A stretch of 64,000 nt of DNA from an uncultured delta proteobacterium (GCA_963754925.1 CAVWHX010000004.1:832001-896000), one strand, 5' to 3'. Counted from the first letter of the stretch, positions 11,576-21,708 are shown. Numbers and translations are program-made. Notes: generated by a model from the sequence alone, not told the origin.

Positions 11576-13504
11576 ATGGAAACGAGTGTCACCTACAAGA
11601 TTCTCGAAAAGCACCTGGTGCATGGCAAAGTTCGTCCTGGTGAGGAAATTGGGCTGCGCGCCGACCAAATACTCATCCAAGACGGTCTGGGAACCATGGT
11701 CTTTGCCCAGTTGGCCAAGTTCGGGCGCCCCCGCAGCCAAAGTAAATTCGCTATTTGTTATGTCGACCACTCGGTGATGCAATTAACCACCGATACCGCC
11801 GCCGAACAGCGCTTCTTGCATGATTCATGCGCCAACTTTCGGGTGCATTATTCCAAGGCCGGTAACGGTATCGGTCACCAGGTCCATCTCGAGCGCTTCG
11901 GGGTGCCCGGGCAACTGCTGCTCGGCGCCGATAGTCATGTCTCGACCCTGGGAGGTCTGGGAATGCTGGCGATCGCCGTAAGCGGCCTCGAGTCGGCGGT
12001 GGCGCTTACCGGCACCCCGCAGTATCTGGTATGCCCGGCAGTCACCCGGGTGGTGCTCACCGGGTCTTTACGGCCATGGTGTTCCGCAAAAGATGTGATC
12101 CTCCACAGCATGGGTTTGCTTGCCGATGGCAACGGCGGCGGTACCGCGCTTGAGTTCACGGGACCGGGCACCAAGACACTCTCGGTTCCGGCGCGCGCGA
12201 CCATCGCCAATATGAGCGCCGAGCTCGGCATTGTATCTGTCCTGTTTCCCTCTGATGAGATAACACGGGCGTATCTCGTTTCCCAGGGCCGTCTGCGCGA
12301 CTTCCACGCGTTAACCATCAGCCTCACCGCCGTGGTAGCCAAGCAAATCACGGTCGACCTTTCCAGCGTTGTTCCGATGGTGGCGTTACCGCATAGCCCC
12401 CAGGGTGCGGTGCCGGTGGCCGATGTGGCCGGGCGTTCCGTCCAGCAGGTAACCATAGGCACGTGCACCAATGGCTCTTACGAGGATCTGGCCCGCGTTG
12501 CCATGATCCTCAAACGCAATAAGGTTCATCCAGCAGTCAACGTGGTAGTTACTCCCGGCTCACGGCAAGCTCTGCAAACCTTAAGCGCTCAAGGAGCGTT
12601 AGGGGACCTTTTAGCCGCGGGCGTTCGCTTGCAAGAACCGTCCTGCGGTTTTTGTTTCGGCCAGGGGCAGGTGCCCGGGAGCGGCTGGGTAAGCGTCAGC
12701 ACCGGTAGCCGCAACTACCAGGGCCGCTGCGGAACCATGGACGCCCAGGTCTACCTCGTTAGCCCTGAGACGGCAGCCGCTACCGCCCTAACCGGGGTAC
12801 TCACCGATCCGCGGACGTTGCACAAACAGCAAAAACAGCCGAAGCCGATACGCACCATGGTGATCGACGATAGCTTGATCCATTCACCCTCTCGCAAGGG
12901 GTTGTCCGAGAGAAAACGATCCCCAGCCATCGTCGAGCTTCCAACCATAAAACCGTTGTCGTTGTCGGTTAATGGTGAAGCGGTACTTAAAGTTGGTGAT
13001 AACATTTCTACCGAACAGATCCTGCCGATCACCCGCTGGCTTAATAACCCTTCCAGTGTCCAGAATTTCTCGCGTTTTGTCTTTGAATCAATTGATCCGC
13101 AGTTTGTGGTGCGCGCCGAAGAAAACATTCAGCGCGAGCTGTATAATTTGATCGTCGCAGGCCATACCTACGGACATGGTTCGAGCCACGAGTATGCTGC
13201 CTGTGGACTGATGTATTTGGGCGTTCGGGCGGTTTTGGCAAAGAGCATCGACCGGGCGCACACTACCCAACTTATCAATTATGGGATTATGCCTCTCCTA
13301 TTTGTTGACGAACGGGAGTACGATCAGATCCGTCGGGACGACCCGCTCGAGCTTCCCTGGATCGGCGATGAGCTGAAAAAGTCCGAGGTGATCACTGTCC
13401 GAAATCCCGACACGGGACATGAGTTCAAGGTCAGACACGGCTTCAGTCGCCGGCAGGTCGATATCCTGCTATCGGGTGGTCTCTTTAATTATGTGGCGCG
13501 ATGA
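11576..13504 (+). CDS. Aconitase-family hydratase (single chain, divergent)
   Basis: RBS GAGGGAG; QD, VDH, HQVHLERF, GADSH, IGTCTNG, CGFCFG, RNYQGR motifs and a swivel domain with YGHGSS. Confidence 0.9.
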   Translation: METSVTYKILEKHLVHGKVRPGEEIGLRADQILIQDGLGTMVFAQLAKFGRPRSQSKFAICYVDHSVMQLTTDTAAEQRFLHDSCANFRVHYSKAGNGIGHQVHLERFGVPGQLLLGADSHVSTLGGLGMLAIAVSGLESAVALTGTPQYLVCPAVTRVVLTGSLRPWCSAKDVILHSMGLLADGNGGGTALEFTGPGTKTLSVPARATIANMSAELGIVSVLFPSDEITRAYLVSQGRLRDFHALTISLTAVVAKQITVDLSSVVPMVALPHSPQGAVPVADVAGRSVQQVTIGTCTNGSYEDLARVAMILKRNKVHPAVNVVVTPGSRQALQTLSAQGALGDLLAAGVRLQEPSCGFCFGQGQVPGSGWVSVSTGSRNYQGRCGTMDAQVYLVSPETAAATALTGVLTDPRTLHKQQKQPKPIRTMVIDDSLIHSPSRKGLSERKRSPAIVELPTIKPLSLSVNGEAVLKVGDNISTEQILPITRWLNNPSSVQNFSRFVFESIDPQFVVRAEENIQRELYNLIVAGHTYGHGSSHEYAACGLMYLGVRAVLAKSIDRAHTTQLINYGIMPLLFVDEREYDQIRRDDPLELPWIGDELKKSEVITVRNPDTGHEFKVRHGFSRRQVDILLSGGLFNYVAR

Positions 13505-13521
13505 CCCGCCCAAAAAATCCA

Positions 13522-14145
13522 TTAGAAATGAAACCCAAGAGTGGCGGTGAGACTCGCCCAATTTGGATTGGCGCTGTCGAAATAAAATCCATTGCTGTGA
13601 TTACGCCCGCCATCTACTACAATTGCATAGTTTGCCAGTATCCCCACCGATAGCCAGCGCAAGAGCTGATAGCTTAATCCAGCCCCGAGCTCGACTATTC
13701 CAAGGCTGTTTTCATAAGAAACGGTAAAAGACCCGTCTTTATTATTTTGTTCGTAGGTAAATATTTTGCCGCCGCCAACTTCGAGAATTACACGCAGGGA
13801 GTAGAACACGGGTATCATGACCCTCAACCCACCGGCTAGCCTGCTATAATCTCGTCGTACGTTACTGGTAGTGTAATCACTATTTGGTATCGTTTCGTTC
13901 CCGAAGAACGAATAAGAACCGCGAAAATAAAACAAAAACATAGGGGGAAAGTCGTACAATGTGCCGCCTACTCCAAATAAAATGCCGGACTCTAACCCCA
14001 CCCCCTGGTGTATAACACCGTGCTGGAGAGTTGTGCCCGTGAACGACTCGACCATAAAATTACTCGAATCAGCCATAACCGGCGGCGAGAACAATACAAC
14101 ACCACATACCACCAAAAGCTTTGATATTCTTTGATGATTCCACAT
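13522..14145 (-). CDS. Putative outer-membrane beta-barrel protein
   Basis: Signal peptide, alternating hydrophobic strands, C-terminal LTATLGFHF beta-signal. Confidence 0.65.
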   Translation of the reverse strand: MWNHQRISKLLVVCGVVLFSPPVMADSSNFMVESFTGTTLQHGVIHQGVGLESGILFGVGGTLYDFPPMFLFYFRGSYSFFGNETIPNSDYTTSNVRRDYSRLAGGLRVMIPVFYSLRVILEVGGGKIFTYEQNNKDGSFTVSYENSLGIVELGAGLSYQLLRWLSVGILANYAIVVDGGRNHSNGFYFDSANPNWASLTATLGFHF

Positions 14146-14237
14146 CCATGTGCCCTTCTGAAAAATCCACCCGCTCAATCTGACTGACAGCAATGAATAT
14201 GCCACTCGCGCTGTATCTCAACATCGCTCTGTATATA

Positions 14238-14349
14238 AAGCTGTTTTGAAAAACTTACCAAAAGACCGTCCCTGGTAACTCGCTCAAACGAATTCACAAC
14301 CGCAACCCGGCAGCGCTAGCAAAGCAAATAAGTCTTTCCAAAACAGCTT
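14238..14349. mobile_element. MITE-like element (~112 bp) with ~20 bp imperfect terminal inverted repeats
   Basis: Left end AAGCTGTTTTGAAAAACTTA; reverse complement of right end AAGCTGTTTTGGAAAGACTTA; no ORF inside. Confidence 0.5.
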
Positions 14350-14457
14350 GGTGGGTGATGTGATGAAATGCATCGATACTTCCTTCAGATTGTTGCAACT
14401 TTTCACAGTCGTTATATCTTGTAACAGGCGCGAAAGAGTGTTAACGTTCGATACGGG

Positions 14458-15873
14458 TTGACATCCATGCCGGCAACATCGGAAAGTTCCCCTCTCGACT
14501 CCAAGTTTTGGCCCTGGCCAATCCTGTTAGTGGTTTCGGTCGGAACGTTACTTACCGCCCTAGCAGGCTCGATCGCTCCTTTGATTTTACCGGCGCTTTC
14601 TAACGATCTTGGTATATCGCTCGTGGCCTCGCGCTGGGTTGTATTGGCATTTTTACTCACTATGACCGTCCTATTGCTGCTTGCCGGTCGGGCTGGCGAC
14701 CTGCTGGGGCTTCGAACGGTGTATTTATCAGGATTTATGCTCTTTGGCGCGATGTCGTTGATAGGTGGATTGGCGCAGTCATTTTGGCTGCTCATCGTAT
14801 CCAGGATATTACAGGCTGTAGGCGGCGCCATGATCCTGACAGCCGGGCCAGCGTTGCTCACTACTAATTTTCCACCTGAAAAACGCGGGCAAGCGCTCGG
14901 CTTGGCAGCCACCGCAACGTACCTTGGCTTAACGGTTGGGCCGACCCTGGGTGGATTCATAATCTCAAACCTCAATTGGCGCTGGACGTTTTTTATCAAC
15001 GTTCCGATAGCGGTGATCACCACTATTTTGGGGCTGATTTTTTTGCCCAAAAACCAGCCCCGACAAGCCCGGCGCCCTGACTGGTTGGGAATGGCCACCT
15101 GGACCGTTGGAGTGTCGTTATGCCTCCTGGTAATTACCAAGGGGATCGAGTGGGGGGCACACCATGTATTGACGTGGGGTAGTCTCCTCATCGGCGTCGT
15201 CACTCTGGTTGCATTTGTGATCAATGAATTACAACAGAGGGACCCGGTGCTGACCCTCTCGTTGTTTCGTCAGCGTCTCTTTGCCGGGGCAACCATCAGC
15301 GCGCTGTGCAACTACATCGCTTTGTTTGTTCCCATGATACTGATGCCATTTTTCCTCATGGAAGGTATCGCTATTTCACCGAAGCAGGCAGGGCTCGTGC
15401 TCTCAAGCCAACCTCTGATGATGGCATTGGTGGCTTCGCCGTTCGGGTGGCTGTCGGATCGCATCGGCAGCCGCGGGATAGCAACACTTGGCATGCTTAC
15501 CATGGCTGGCGGTCTCCTCGGTTTATCAACGCTTTGCGCCTCGAGTACCGTATGGGACGCAGCCCTGTGGTACGGTATTATCGGACTGGGTACCGGCGTA
15601 TTCATTTCGCCGAACTCAAGTGCGCTCATGGGCTCGGTACCCCGCACGCAGCAAGGACTCGCGGCCGGTATTATGGCGATAACGCGCAATCTCGGGATGC
15701 TCATCGGCGCAGCAACTGCCACCGCCATCTACCAGTTTGCCGGCGGGCATACCGGTCGAGCATGGATTGAGACAGACTACCAAGCGCTGCATATCGCATT
15801 ACAAGTCTCAGTTCCGGTGGCTTTGATTGGAGCGGTTTCGGCGGCGCTGCGAGGCGCCAAGAACACCGTATAA
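14458..15873 (+). CDS. MFS transporter, DHA2 (EmrB/QacA-like)
   Basis: About 14 hydrophobic segments, GRAGDLLGLR motif A, SRILQAVGGA, GPTLGG. Confidence 0.92.
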   Translation: MTSMPATSESSPLDSKFWPWPILLVVSVGTLLTALAGSIAPLILPALSNDLGISLVASRWVVLAFLLTMTVLLLLAGRAGDLLGLRTVYLSGFMLFGAMSLIGGLAQSFWLLIVSRILQAVGGAMILTAGPALLTTNFPPEKRGQALGLAATATYLGLTVGPTLGGFIISNLNWRWTFFINVPIAVITTILGLIFLPKNQPRQARRPDWLGMATWTVGVSLCLLVITKGIEWGAHHVLTWGSLLIGVVTLVAFVINELQQRDPVLTLSLFRQRLFAGATISALCNYIALFVPMILMPFFLMEGIAISPKQAGLVLSSQPLMMALVASPFGWLSDRIGSRGIATLGMLTMAGGLLGLSTLCASSTVWDAALWYGIIGLGTGVFISPNSSALMGSVPRTQQGLAAGIMAITRNLGMLIGAATATAIYQFAGGHTGRAWIETDYQALHIALQVSVPVALIGAVSAALRGAKNTV

Positions 15874-15903
15874 TTCAATGTTCAAACACCACGAGCGTGC
15901 CGC

Positions 15904-17280
15904 TTATCCTTTCCCTCGTACCAATCTTGAGATAATTTCAGATATACCTTGTTTTTGCTTTCGCGATTCAAACCGGCCAACCGCGACAGCTGCCTTGGCG
16001 ATGAAGGGAAGCAAACGCAAACCCAGGCCAGGCATGCTGGCGATGGATTTCGCAAGCAAGGCAAAATCAATATCAGACGGTTGCGGCAACGTCTGCATCA
16101 ATAGTGATCGAATAACCGTGGACTGGATCAAACCAGAACTAATCAGCAAGTCCACCTCGTCCTCTAATAACGATTGCAAAGCTTGTCGCGCGATATCAGC
16201 GAGGATAAGCTGCAATCCAAATTGTTTTTCGACTGAAGACTGGTAGGCCGCGAGCGTCTCGAGCGCGCCCGGATCAGGAGCCGTCGCGACGGCATTTTTG
16301 AGTAATTGCGCCGCGCATAACCCTAGTCCCGTACCGCTTCCGGTGACCGAATAAACCTGGCAGGCGGCGTCACCGATAAGCGCGACTCCCGGCGCTATTA
16401 CGTTGTCGCAGGGTTTCCGTACGGGAATGCGTCCCTGGCCGCCGAACACGCTTTTACCGATCCAAGGTTCCTGTTCTTTTACACGCGCCAGCCAATCAGG
16501 ACCAGTCGTGTGCTTGCCATCATCGATAGTTTTACATCCGAGCTCCACCTCTCGCAGATCGGAATGAAGTAAAATACCTACGCGAGAATATCCCCCGTCG
16601 ATCCCGGCAAACGTAAGCACTTCGCCCGGCTGTAAGCCGTATCGATCCAGGAAGCGTTGCGCCAAAGCCCGGTCCTTAACCAAGCAGAGCTCCTTGGCGG
16701 CGATACACGTATCAATAGAGCCAACCTCAGGGCACGTCGATACCAGAGCCGGAATCAGGTTACGCACGGCACCCCGCATGCCGCTTGCATCAACAAACAG
16801 CCTGGCGCGCAGATCGATCCGCTTTCTCCTCTTTTGTCTTGAGACGGCCTCGGCTTGAAGCGTCAGCGGTCTTTCACCATCGAACTCAAAGCCTATCGCC
16901 CTCGTCCGATCAAGGATCTCAACGCCGCACGCCTGCGCCGATGCTTGTAGAAAGGCAACGAGCGCGCGCATGTCGACAACACACAGCGGATTTTCATCGA
17001 CGGTTATTCGACCCGTAGAATTTCTGCCTAACACGGTGAAGGGCCCGCGGAGCATTCTGATTTCTGGCATGCTCCGATAATCAATACCGGCTCGTTCGAG
17101 CATCCATGGCGGTATTTCATTGTTCCAACGCGCGCCAGCCGCTGCCTGATCGCGCTCCTCTATAAGGACGACGTTCAATCCGGCCTGCGCGAGCATCCAG
17201 GCTGCAGCAGATCCGGATGAACCCGCGCCAACCACCACGGCGTCACAGTCGCGCGTAACCATTTTCGATGTCGGCGTCAT
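15904..17280 (-). CDS. FAD-dependent oxidoreductase (geranylgeranyl reductase/FixC-like)
   Basis: VVGAGSSG, VDASG, LIGDAACQV...GSG motifs. Confidence 0.8.
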   Translation of the reverse strand: MTPTSKMVTRDCDAVVVGAGSSGSAAAWMLAQAGLNVVLIEERDQAAAGARWNNEIPPWMLERAGIDYRSMPEIRMLRGPFTVLGRNSTGRITVDENPLCVVDMRALVAFLQASAQACGVEILDRTRAIGFEFDGERPLTLQAEAVSRQKRRKRIDLRARLFVDASGMRGAVRNLIPALVSTCPEVGSIDTCIAAKELCLVKDRALAQRFLDRYGLQPGEVLTFAGIDGGYSRVGILLHSDLREVELGCKTIDDGKHTTGPDWLARVKEQEPWIGKSVFGGQGRIPVRKPCDNVIAPGVALIGDAACQVYSVTGSGTGLGLCAAQLLKNAVATAPDPGALETLAAYQSSVEKQFGLQLILADIARQALQSLLEDEVDLLISSGLIQSTVIRSLLMQTLPQPSDIDFALLAKSIASMPGLGLRLLPFIAKAAVAVGRFESRKQKQGISEIISRLVRGKG

Positions 17281-17495
17281 GGAAAATTAATTAGTCCTTC
17301 TAGCGCTCAGGGACAAGGGTGATGTCGTCGATACGAAGCTAGCCGCATTTCCGTTTTAATTCAAGAAGATAAACAAATCAAACACCGTAACTTTTTGACA
17401 AATCAATGTCGATTGTGATAGGGGGAGACAAACTTGATTGTCGCCGGATAATGGTGTGGTAGACGGCGCTCAGCGGTAATCTCGAGGGATCTTCA

Positions 17496-18245
17496 GTGCG
17501 GACTGTCTACTTCGACATCGATGATAAAACCGATGAATTGCGTGGAGAGATACTTAAGAATCGAACCAAGGCCCAGACTTTTTTCGAACGGTTTGAGGTT
17601 TCGTGGATTTATCATGAAAATGCCATGGAAGGGCTGGTCCTCGACCTGTTCGATCTTAAGGCAGCGCTTGACCACGCAACGCTTGAAGACGGAGTACTCA
17701 TCCCCACCTATCAACGCATTCGAAACATAAAAAACGCCATTGATAAAGTCAAAAAGGTGGTCGCCAGCAACCGGACGCCAAACTTGCAGTTCATCAAGGG
17801 TCTGCATGTGATCTTGTCGAACGGCATCGCCGGTCAGTCGGGCGGGATGTATCGCCGGGAAATCCCCATTCACCGAAACTATTTTCATGACATCATTCAG
17901 CCAACTCGAATCAGCCCCGCGATGAGCAACTTCCTGCGCCAGCTGCAAAGCAAGGAGTTCAGGCAATTACATCCGTTCCGGCAGGCAGCCGAAGCCCACT
18001 ACCGATTGATGGCTATCTTTCCGTTTGATGAAGACAACGGTAAAGTGGCTCGTTTGCTCATGAACTTCTATACCATGCGCAACAACTATTTTCCGGTCAT
18101 CCTTCCCGATGTTGAGCGCCAGCGCTATTACGAGTCGCTCCGCAGTGGTTTCGAGGTTCTCCACAGTTTGATTGTCGAATGCATGGAACGCGAGCTCGAG
18201 TTGGCGCTGAAGTTCTTTACCGAAGGCGGCAAAGGGGTATTCTAA
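17496..18245 (+). CDS. Fic-family protein with non-canonical motif
   Basis: IYHENAMEG, GMYR, AAEAHYRLMAIFPFDEDNGKVARLLMN. Confidence 0.85.
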   Translation: MRTVYFDIDDKTDELRGEILKNRTKAQTFFERFEVSWIYHENAMEGLVLDLFDLKAALDHATLEDGVLIPTYQRIRNIKNAIDKVKKVVASNRTPNLQFIKGLHVILSNGIAGQSGGMYRREIPIHRNYFHDIIQPTRISPAMSNFLRQLQSKEFRQLHPFRQAAEAHYRLMAIFPFDEDNGKVARLLMNFYTMRNNYFPVILPDVERQRYYESLRSGFEVLHSLIVECMERELELALKFFTEGGKGVF

Positions 18246-18249
18246 ACAG

Positions 18250-19155
18250 TCATCCCCGTGAATTCATGAGCGCGCGCAAGGACTGGCCGCAATTGCTGCC
18301 GATACTATCTTCGCGCTCGTCCCCAATGCTTTCGATAACGTTGAACCCGTGCTCTCGAAGGCTCTGACACAGGGCATCAAGTTTTGTTTTGCGCGCTGAT
18401 CGTAGAATCGTTTCGATACCCTGTGCCGCACCACGCTCGGTCGGGTTGACCGGCGTGATCTTAATCGCAAAGAACGCAGGTGAAAACAACGCTTGCAGCA
18501 CCGCTGGATCGAAGGCCACCCCGTTCGCCAACGCAAAATTCAAGACCACCGTACGATCGCCAGGCTCGAAGAAACGTCGGCCGTAGGCGGCAATCTCCTC
18601 GAGCGTCCAGTGGGGAATGGGGATGAGTCGTTTACGATCGTTCTCCCCAGTCGATTGAACGGAAAATTGCAGCTGAAAGCGGCCGTGATACAGCCGGCGT
18701 TTAATCTGCAACAGCTCTTCGAACCACGGTTCCCGCCCCCGCGGGGCCACCGTGGCCAGGCATACCCAAAACTGACCGTTGTTGATGATCGCGGGAAGAT
18801 CGATAAGAGCCTTGAGGACCGCATCGTTGAGCGCCGGTTCACCCATGCGGGCAAAGTGCACCTTGAGCTTGCGGCAGCGGCCCACCGTATTCGGATGACG
18901 GGAAAGCGCCCAGCGCACCTGGTCAAGCAGCTCGTCGGCGGTCGGGTTGCCGACAAACGCAAAGCCGGCGTCGCAACATGGGCAGCCGACCGGGCAGCCG
19001 AATTGGGTCGAGATGTTGATGAGCCATTTTTCGTCGCGATCGAGGGGCGGGATGAGACCGTCGACTATCTCGAGCATAAAGCGCGGGTCGTTGCGAAATT
19101 GCGCTATCGCCACCTCGGCCACGCGCGGCTCACCCGACAGCGTGACGATCTTCAT
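18250..19155 (-). CDS. RlmN/Cfr-like radical SAM protein (short, divergent)
   Basis: STQFGCPVGCPCCD (CxxxCxxC), RMGEP, C-terminal IGSNCGQ. Confidence 0.85.
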   Translation of the reverse strand: MKIVTLSGEPRVAEVAIAQFRNDPRFMLEIVDGLIPPLDRDEKWLINISTQFGCPVGCPCCDAGFAFVGNPTADELLDQVRWALSRHPNTVGRCRKLKVHFARMGEPALNDAVLKALIDLPAIINNGQFWVCLATVAPRGREPWFEELLQIKRRLYHGRFQLQFSVQSTGENDRKRLIPIPHWTLEEIAAYGRRFFEPGDRTVVLNFALANGVAFDPAVLQALFSPAFFAIKITPVNPTERGAAQGIETILRSARKTKLDALCQSLREHGFNVIESIGDEREDSIGSNCGQSLRALMNSRG

Positions 19156-19174
19156 TGCCGCACCCCACGAAAGC

Positions 19175-20071
19175 TCATTTTCCTCCCCGTACATATCTGC
19201 CAGCATACAGCGCTGCCTGCTGACCGTCGGCCATCGCCAGGGCAACGTACCGATCATGACTTCTCAGAACATCGCCGGCAAGCCAAAGACCCGGAATGCC
19301 CGTTTTGGCCACCGAGTAGCTCGATAGCTGAATACCGAGGCCGTCTATTAATTCTTCACACGGTACGCGACCGATGCAAACGACGAGTACCTCTGCGGGG
19401 ATTTCGTTGCCAGCCGCATCGGCGAGCATCCATGCACCCGGCCCACCGCTGAACTTGGTAATAGTCGTACTGCTCCGTTTCTCCACACCCAGGTTCCGGG
19501 CTCGCAGCATCAACGGGGCCGTTGCTCGCAGTCGCTCAGAGCGGGCCAGGATCAAAGCCCGCCCTCCTCTCCCGACAACCGAGAGAGCGGTATCCACGGC
19601 CGCCTCCCCACCGCCAATAATTGCAACCACCGCCCCGGTTAGATCTCCAGGAAGGCTGCGCGCATCCCGATGAACACCCCGGAGCGTTTCTCCAAGACTC
19701 CAATACGCTGGCCGGGTGCCGGTCGCAAGGCACACCGTCTTGGCTCGAATTATCTGGCGATCGGTAAGCACCGCCTCAAACCCTTGGTCGCAACGAACAA
19801 GACTCACGACGCGGCCTGAACGTACGGGCACCCCGAGCTCGGTGATCTGGGTTTCCATAGTGCGAGCAAACGCATCTCCCGATAGGTTCGTTGCCCCTAG
19901 CAGGTTGGTCAGGCGTGAAGCCGCTCGAACCAACCCGCCGACCGGCTCGTCGCCGACAGTGACCATATCCAATCCATCCCGACACGCCTGGAGGGCACAC
20001 GAGGCCCCGGCTGGACCCAACCCAATGACCAGGAGATCGTATCTTTTATCCGGAACAAAAACAGTAGTCAT
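19175..20071 (-). CDS. TrxB-like FAD/NAD(P)-dependent oxidoreductase lacking CxxC
   Basis: GLGPAG, LATG, IIGGGEAAVD, LAGDV motifs; no CxxC before the second Rossmann motif. Confidence 0.8.
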   Translation of the reverse strand: MTTVFVPDKRYDLLVIGLGPAGASCALQACRDGLDMVTVGDEPVGGLVRAASRLTNLLGATNLSGDAFARTMETQITELGVPVRSGRVVSLVRCDQGFEAVLTDRQIIRAKTVCLATGTRPAYWSLGETLRGVHRDARSLPGDLTGAVVAIIGGGEAAVDTALSVVGRGGRALILARSERLRATAPLMLRARNLGVEKRSSTTITKFSGGPGAWMLADAAGNEIPAEVLVVCIGRVPCEELIDGLGIQLSSYSVAKTGIPGLWLAGDVLRSHDRYVALAMADGQQAALYAGRYVRGGK

Positions 20072-20088
20072 GTCGTTTTTTTGTCTAA

Positions 20089-20826
20089 CTAAACAGATGG
20101 CGGCCGAACTTCAATTTTGGCCTTATTGCGGGTAATAATCTGCCGAACTTCATCCATCAATCGATCGCGATCGTCCGTGGTATAACCCGAGAGGTTTATG
20201 GGCTCACCATACCGAATGCGGACCAGGCCGGGCCGGGGCAGCAGCGAGGTCTTCCGTAACACCCACAGCGTGCCGCTGATGCTGATGGGAATAACCGGCG
20301 CCCCGGCTTTCAGCGCCAACATGAACGGACCTTTCTTAAACGGCAATAGTTCATTGGTGAAGCTCCGTGTGCCCTCGGCAAAGGCCACAATCGGAATACC
20401 ATTGCGGATCTTTTCAGCCGCTCGATCCAGCGAGCGAATGGCCTTTTCCCGATTTGAGCGATCGATAGGAATATACCCAGCTAACCATAAATAGTAACCC
20501 AGGATGGGGATATTGAAAAGGGAGCGCTTGGTCAGAAAACGCAGATTGACCGGATTAGTATGAAAGATGGTGAGAATATCGAAGTGGCTTTGGTGATTGG
20601 AGATGAAAATGCAAGGCACACCTACCTTGATGTTCTCTTGGCCCTCTGCAAGTACTTTCACCCCACAAAACCATAGCAGGCCCGAAGCCCAGACATTTCG
20701 AACTATCCATTGCGAGATTCGGCCGCTGGGCCAAACAATCAGCGGTATGGTCACCAGCCAAAAGCATATAAAGGTGTACACCAGAATAAATACTAACGAA
20801 ACAAATCCGCGCACCTTCATGAGCAT
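20089..20826 (-). CDS. plsC: 1-acyl-sn-glycerol-3-phosphate acyltransferase
   Basis: NHQSHFD, PIDR, FAEGTRS, PFKKG motifs. Confidence 0.92.
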   Translation of the reverse strand: MLMKVRGFVSLVFILVYTFICFWLVTIPLIVWPSGRISQWIVRNVWASGLLWFCGVKVLAEGQENIKVGVPCIFISNHQSHFDILTIFHTNPVNLRFLTKRSLFNIPILGYYLWLAGYIPIDRSNREKAIRSLDRAAEKIRNGIPIVAFAEGTRSFTNELLPFKKGPFMLALKAGAPVIPISISGTLWVLRKTSLLPRPGLVRIRYGEPINLSGYTTDDRDRLMDEVRQIITRNKAKIEVRPPSV

Positions 20827-20875
20827 AATGGTCGATCCTAGTCTGATTTAATAATTGATATCTATAAGAAAGAAA

Positions 20876-20970
20876 TAAGAGATTCTTGCCGAGCTATGCG
20901 AGGCTTAGAATCTCTAGGAAATTCTTACTTCACTTTGTGAAGCTTAGAATTTCCTACCCCGAAGGGGGTG
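20876..20970. repeat. Modular palindromic repeat, family B, locus 1
   Basis: AGAGATTCT-cap-AGAATCTCT, then GGAAATTCT-cap-AGAATTTCC, then ACCCC-GAAG-GGGGT hairpin. Confidence 0.75.
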
Positions 20971-21104
20971 CGAAACAGTAATGCTTGACTTTGATGGTCA
21001 GGACATGGCGTAGTTCTTTTCAATTTTTGGAAGAAGCGAATATTCCCCTCTTGAATATTGAGGGAATACGGATTACGTTCCGGTGCGTAACGGGAGGTGC
21101 AGAC

Positions 21105-21581
21105 ATGGCTGGCGTAAACAAGGTGATTTTGGTTGGCAACCTGGGAGCCGATCCAGAAACCCGATATACCCAAGGCGGTTCGGCAGTGACCAACTTCCGC
21201 ATTGCCACGAGCGAACGTTGGACGAGCAAGGATGGTCAGGCTCAGGAACGCACCGAATGGCACCGAATCGTGACCTTTGGAAGGCTGGCCGAGCATTGCC
21301 GCGACTACCTGGCCAAGGGCCGGCAAGTGTTTATCGAGGGTCGACTACAGACTCGTCAATGGGAAGACAAGGACAAGAACAAGCGTTCAACCACCGAGAT
21401 TGTCGCCCAGGTGGTGCAGTTCCTCGGCAGTGGACGCGGCGCCAACAATCGAGAGGAAGGCGCTCCTGCTCATCCGCCCAGCGGAGATTTCGAGGCGCAG
21501 AATGCCGGATTCGGCGGGCCTCCGGGCGGCGGCAACTTTGACGGCTCGCCTCCCATAAGCGACGACGATGTGCCGTTTTAG
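21105..21581 (+). CDS. ssb: Single-stranded DNA-binding protein
   Basis: [26 protein letters not shown]...TEWH...DDDVPF. Confidence 0.98.
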   Translation: MAGVNKVILVGNLGADPETRYTQGGSAVTNFRIATSERWTSKDGQAQERTEWHRIVTFGRLAEHCRDYLAKGRQVFIEGRLQTRQWEDKDKNKRSTTEIVAQVVQFLGSGRGANNREEGAPAHPPSGDFEAQNAGFGGPPGGGNFDGSPPISDDDVPF

Positions 21582-21705
21582 AGACTGTTAGCGAGCGAGC
21601 GAATGCGAGTGAAGCTTACAGTCTCTTATCCCTGGAGCGAAGCGACAGGGGTTAGAGATATAGCGAACCTAGTGAGGCTTTCGGCCTCTTATCCCTGAAA
21701 GAGGC
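21579..21705. repeat. Modular palindromic repeat, family B, locus 2
   Basis: TAGAGACTGTTAGCGA...GCTTACAGTCTCTTATCCC...; begins at the ssb stop codon. Confidence 0.8.
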
Positions 21706-21708
21706 TAC

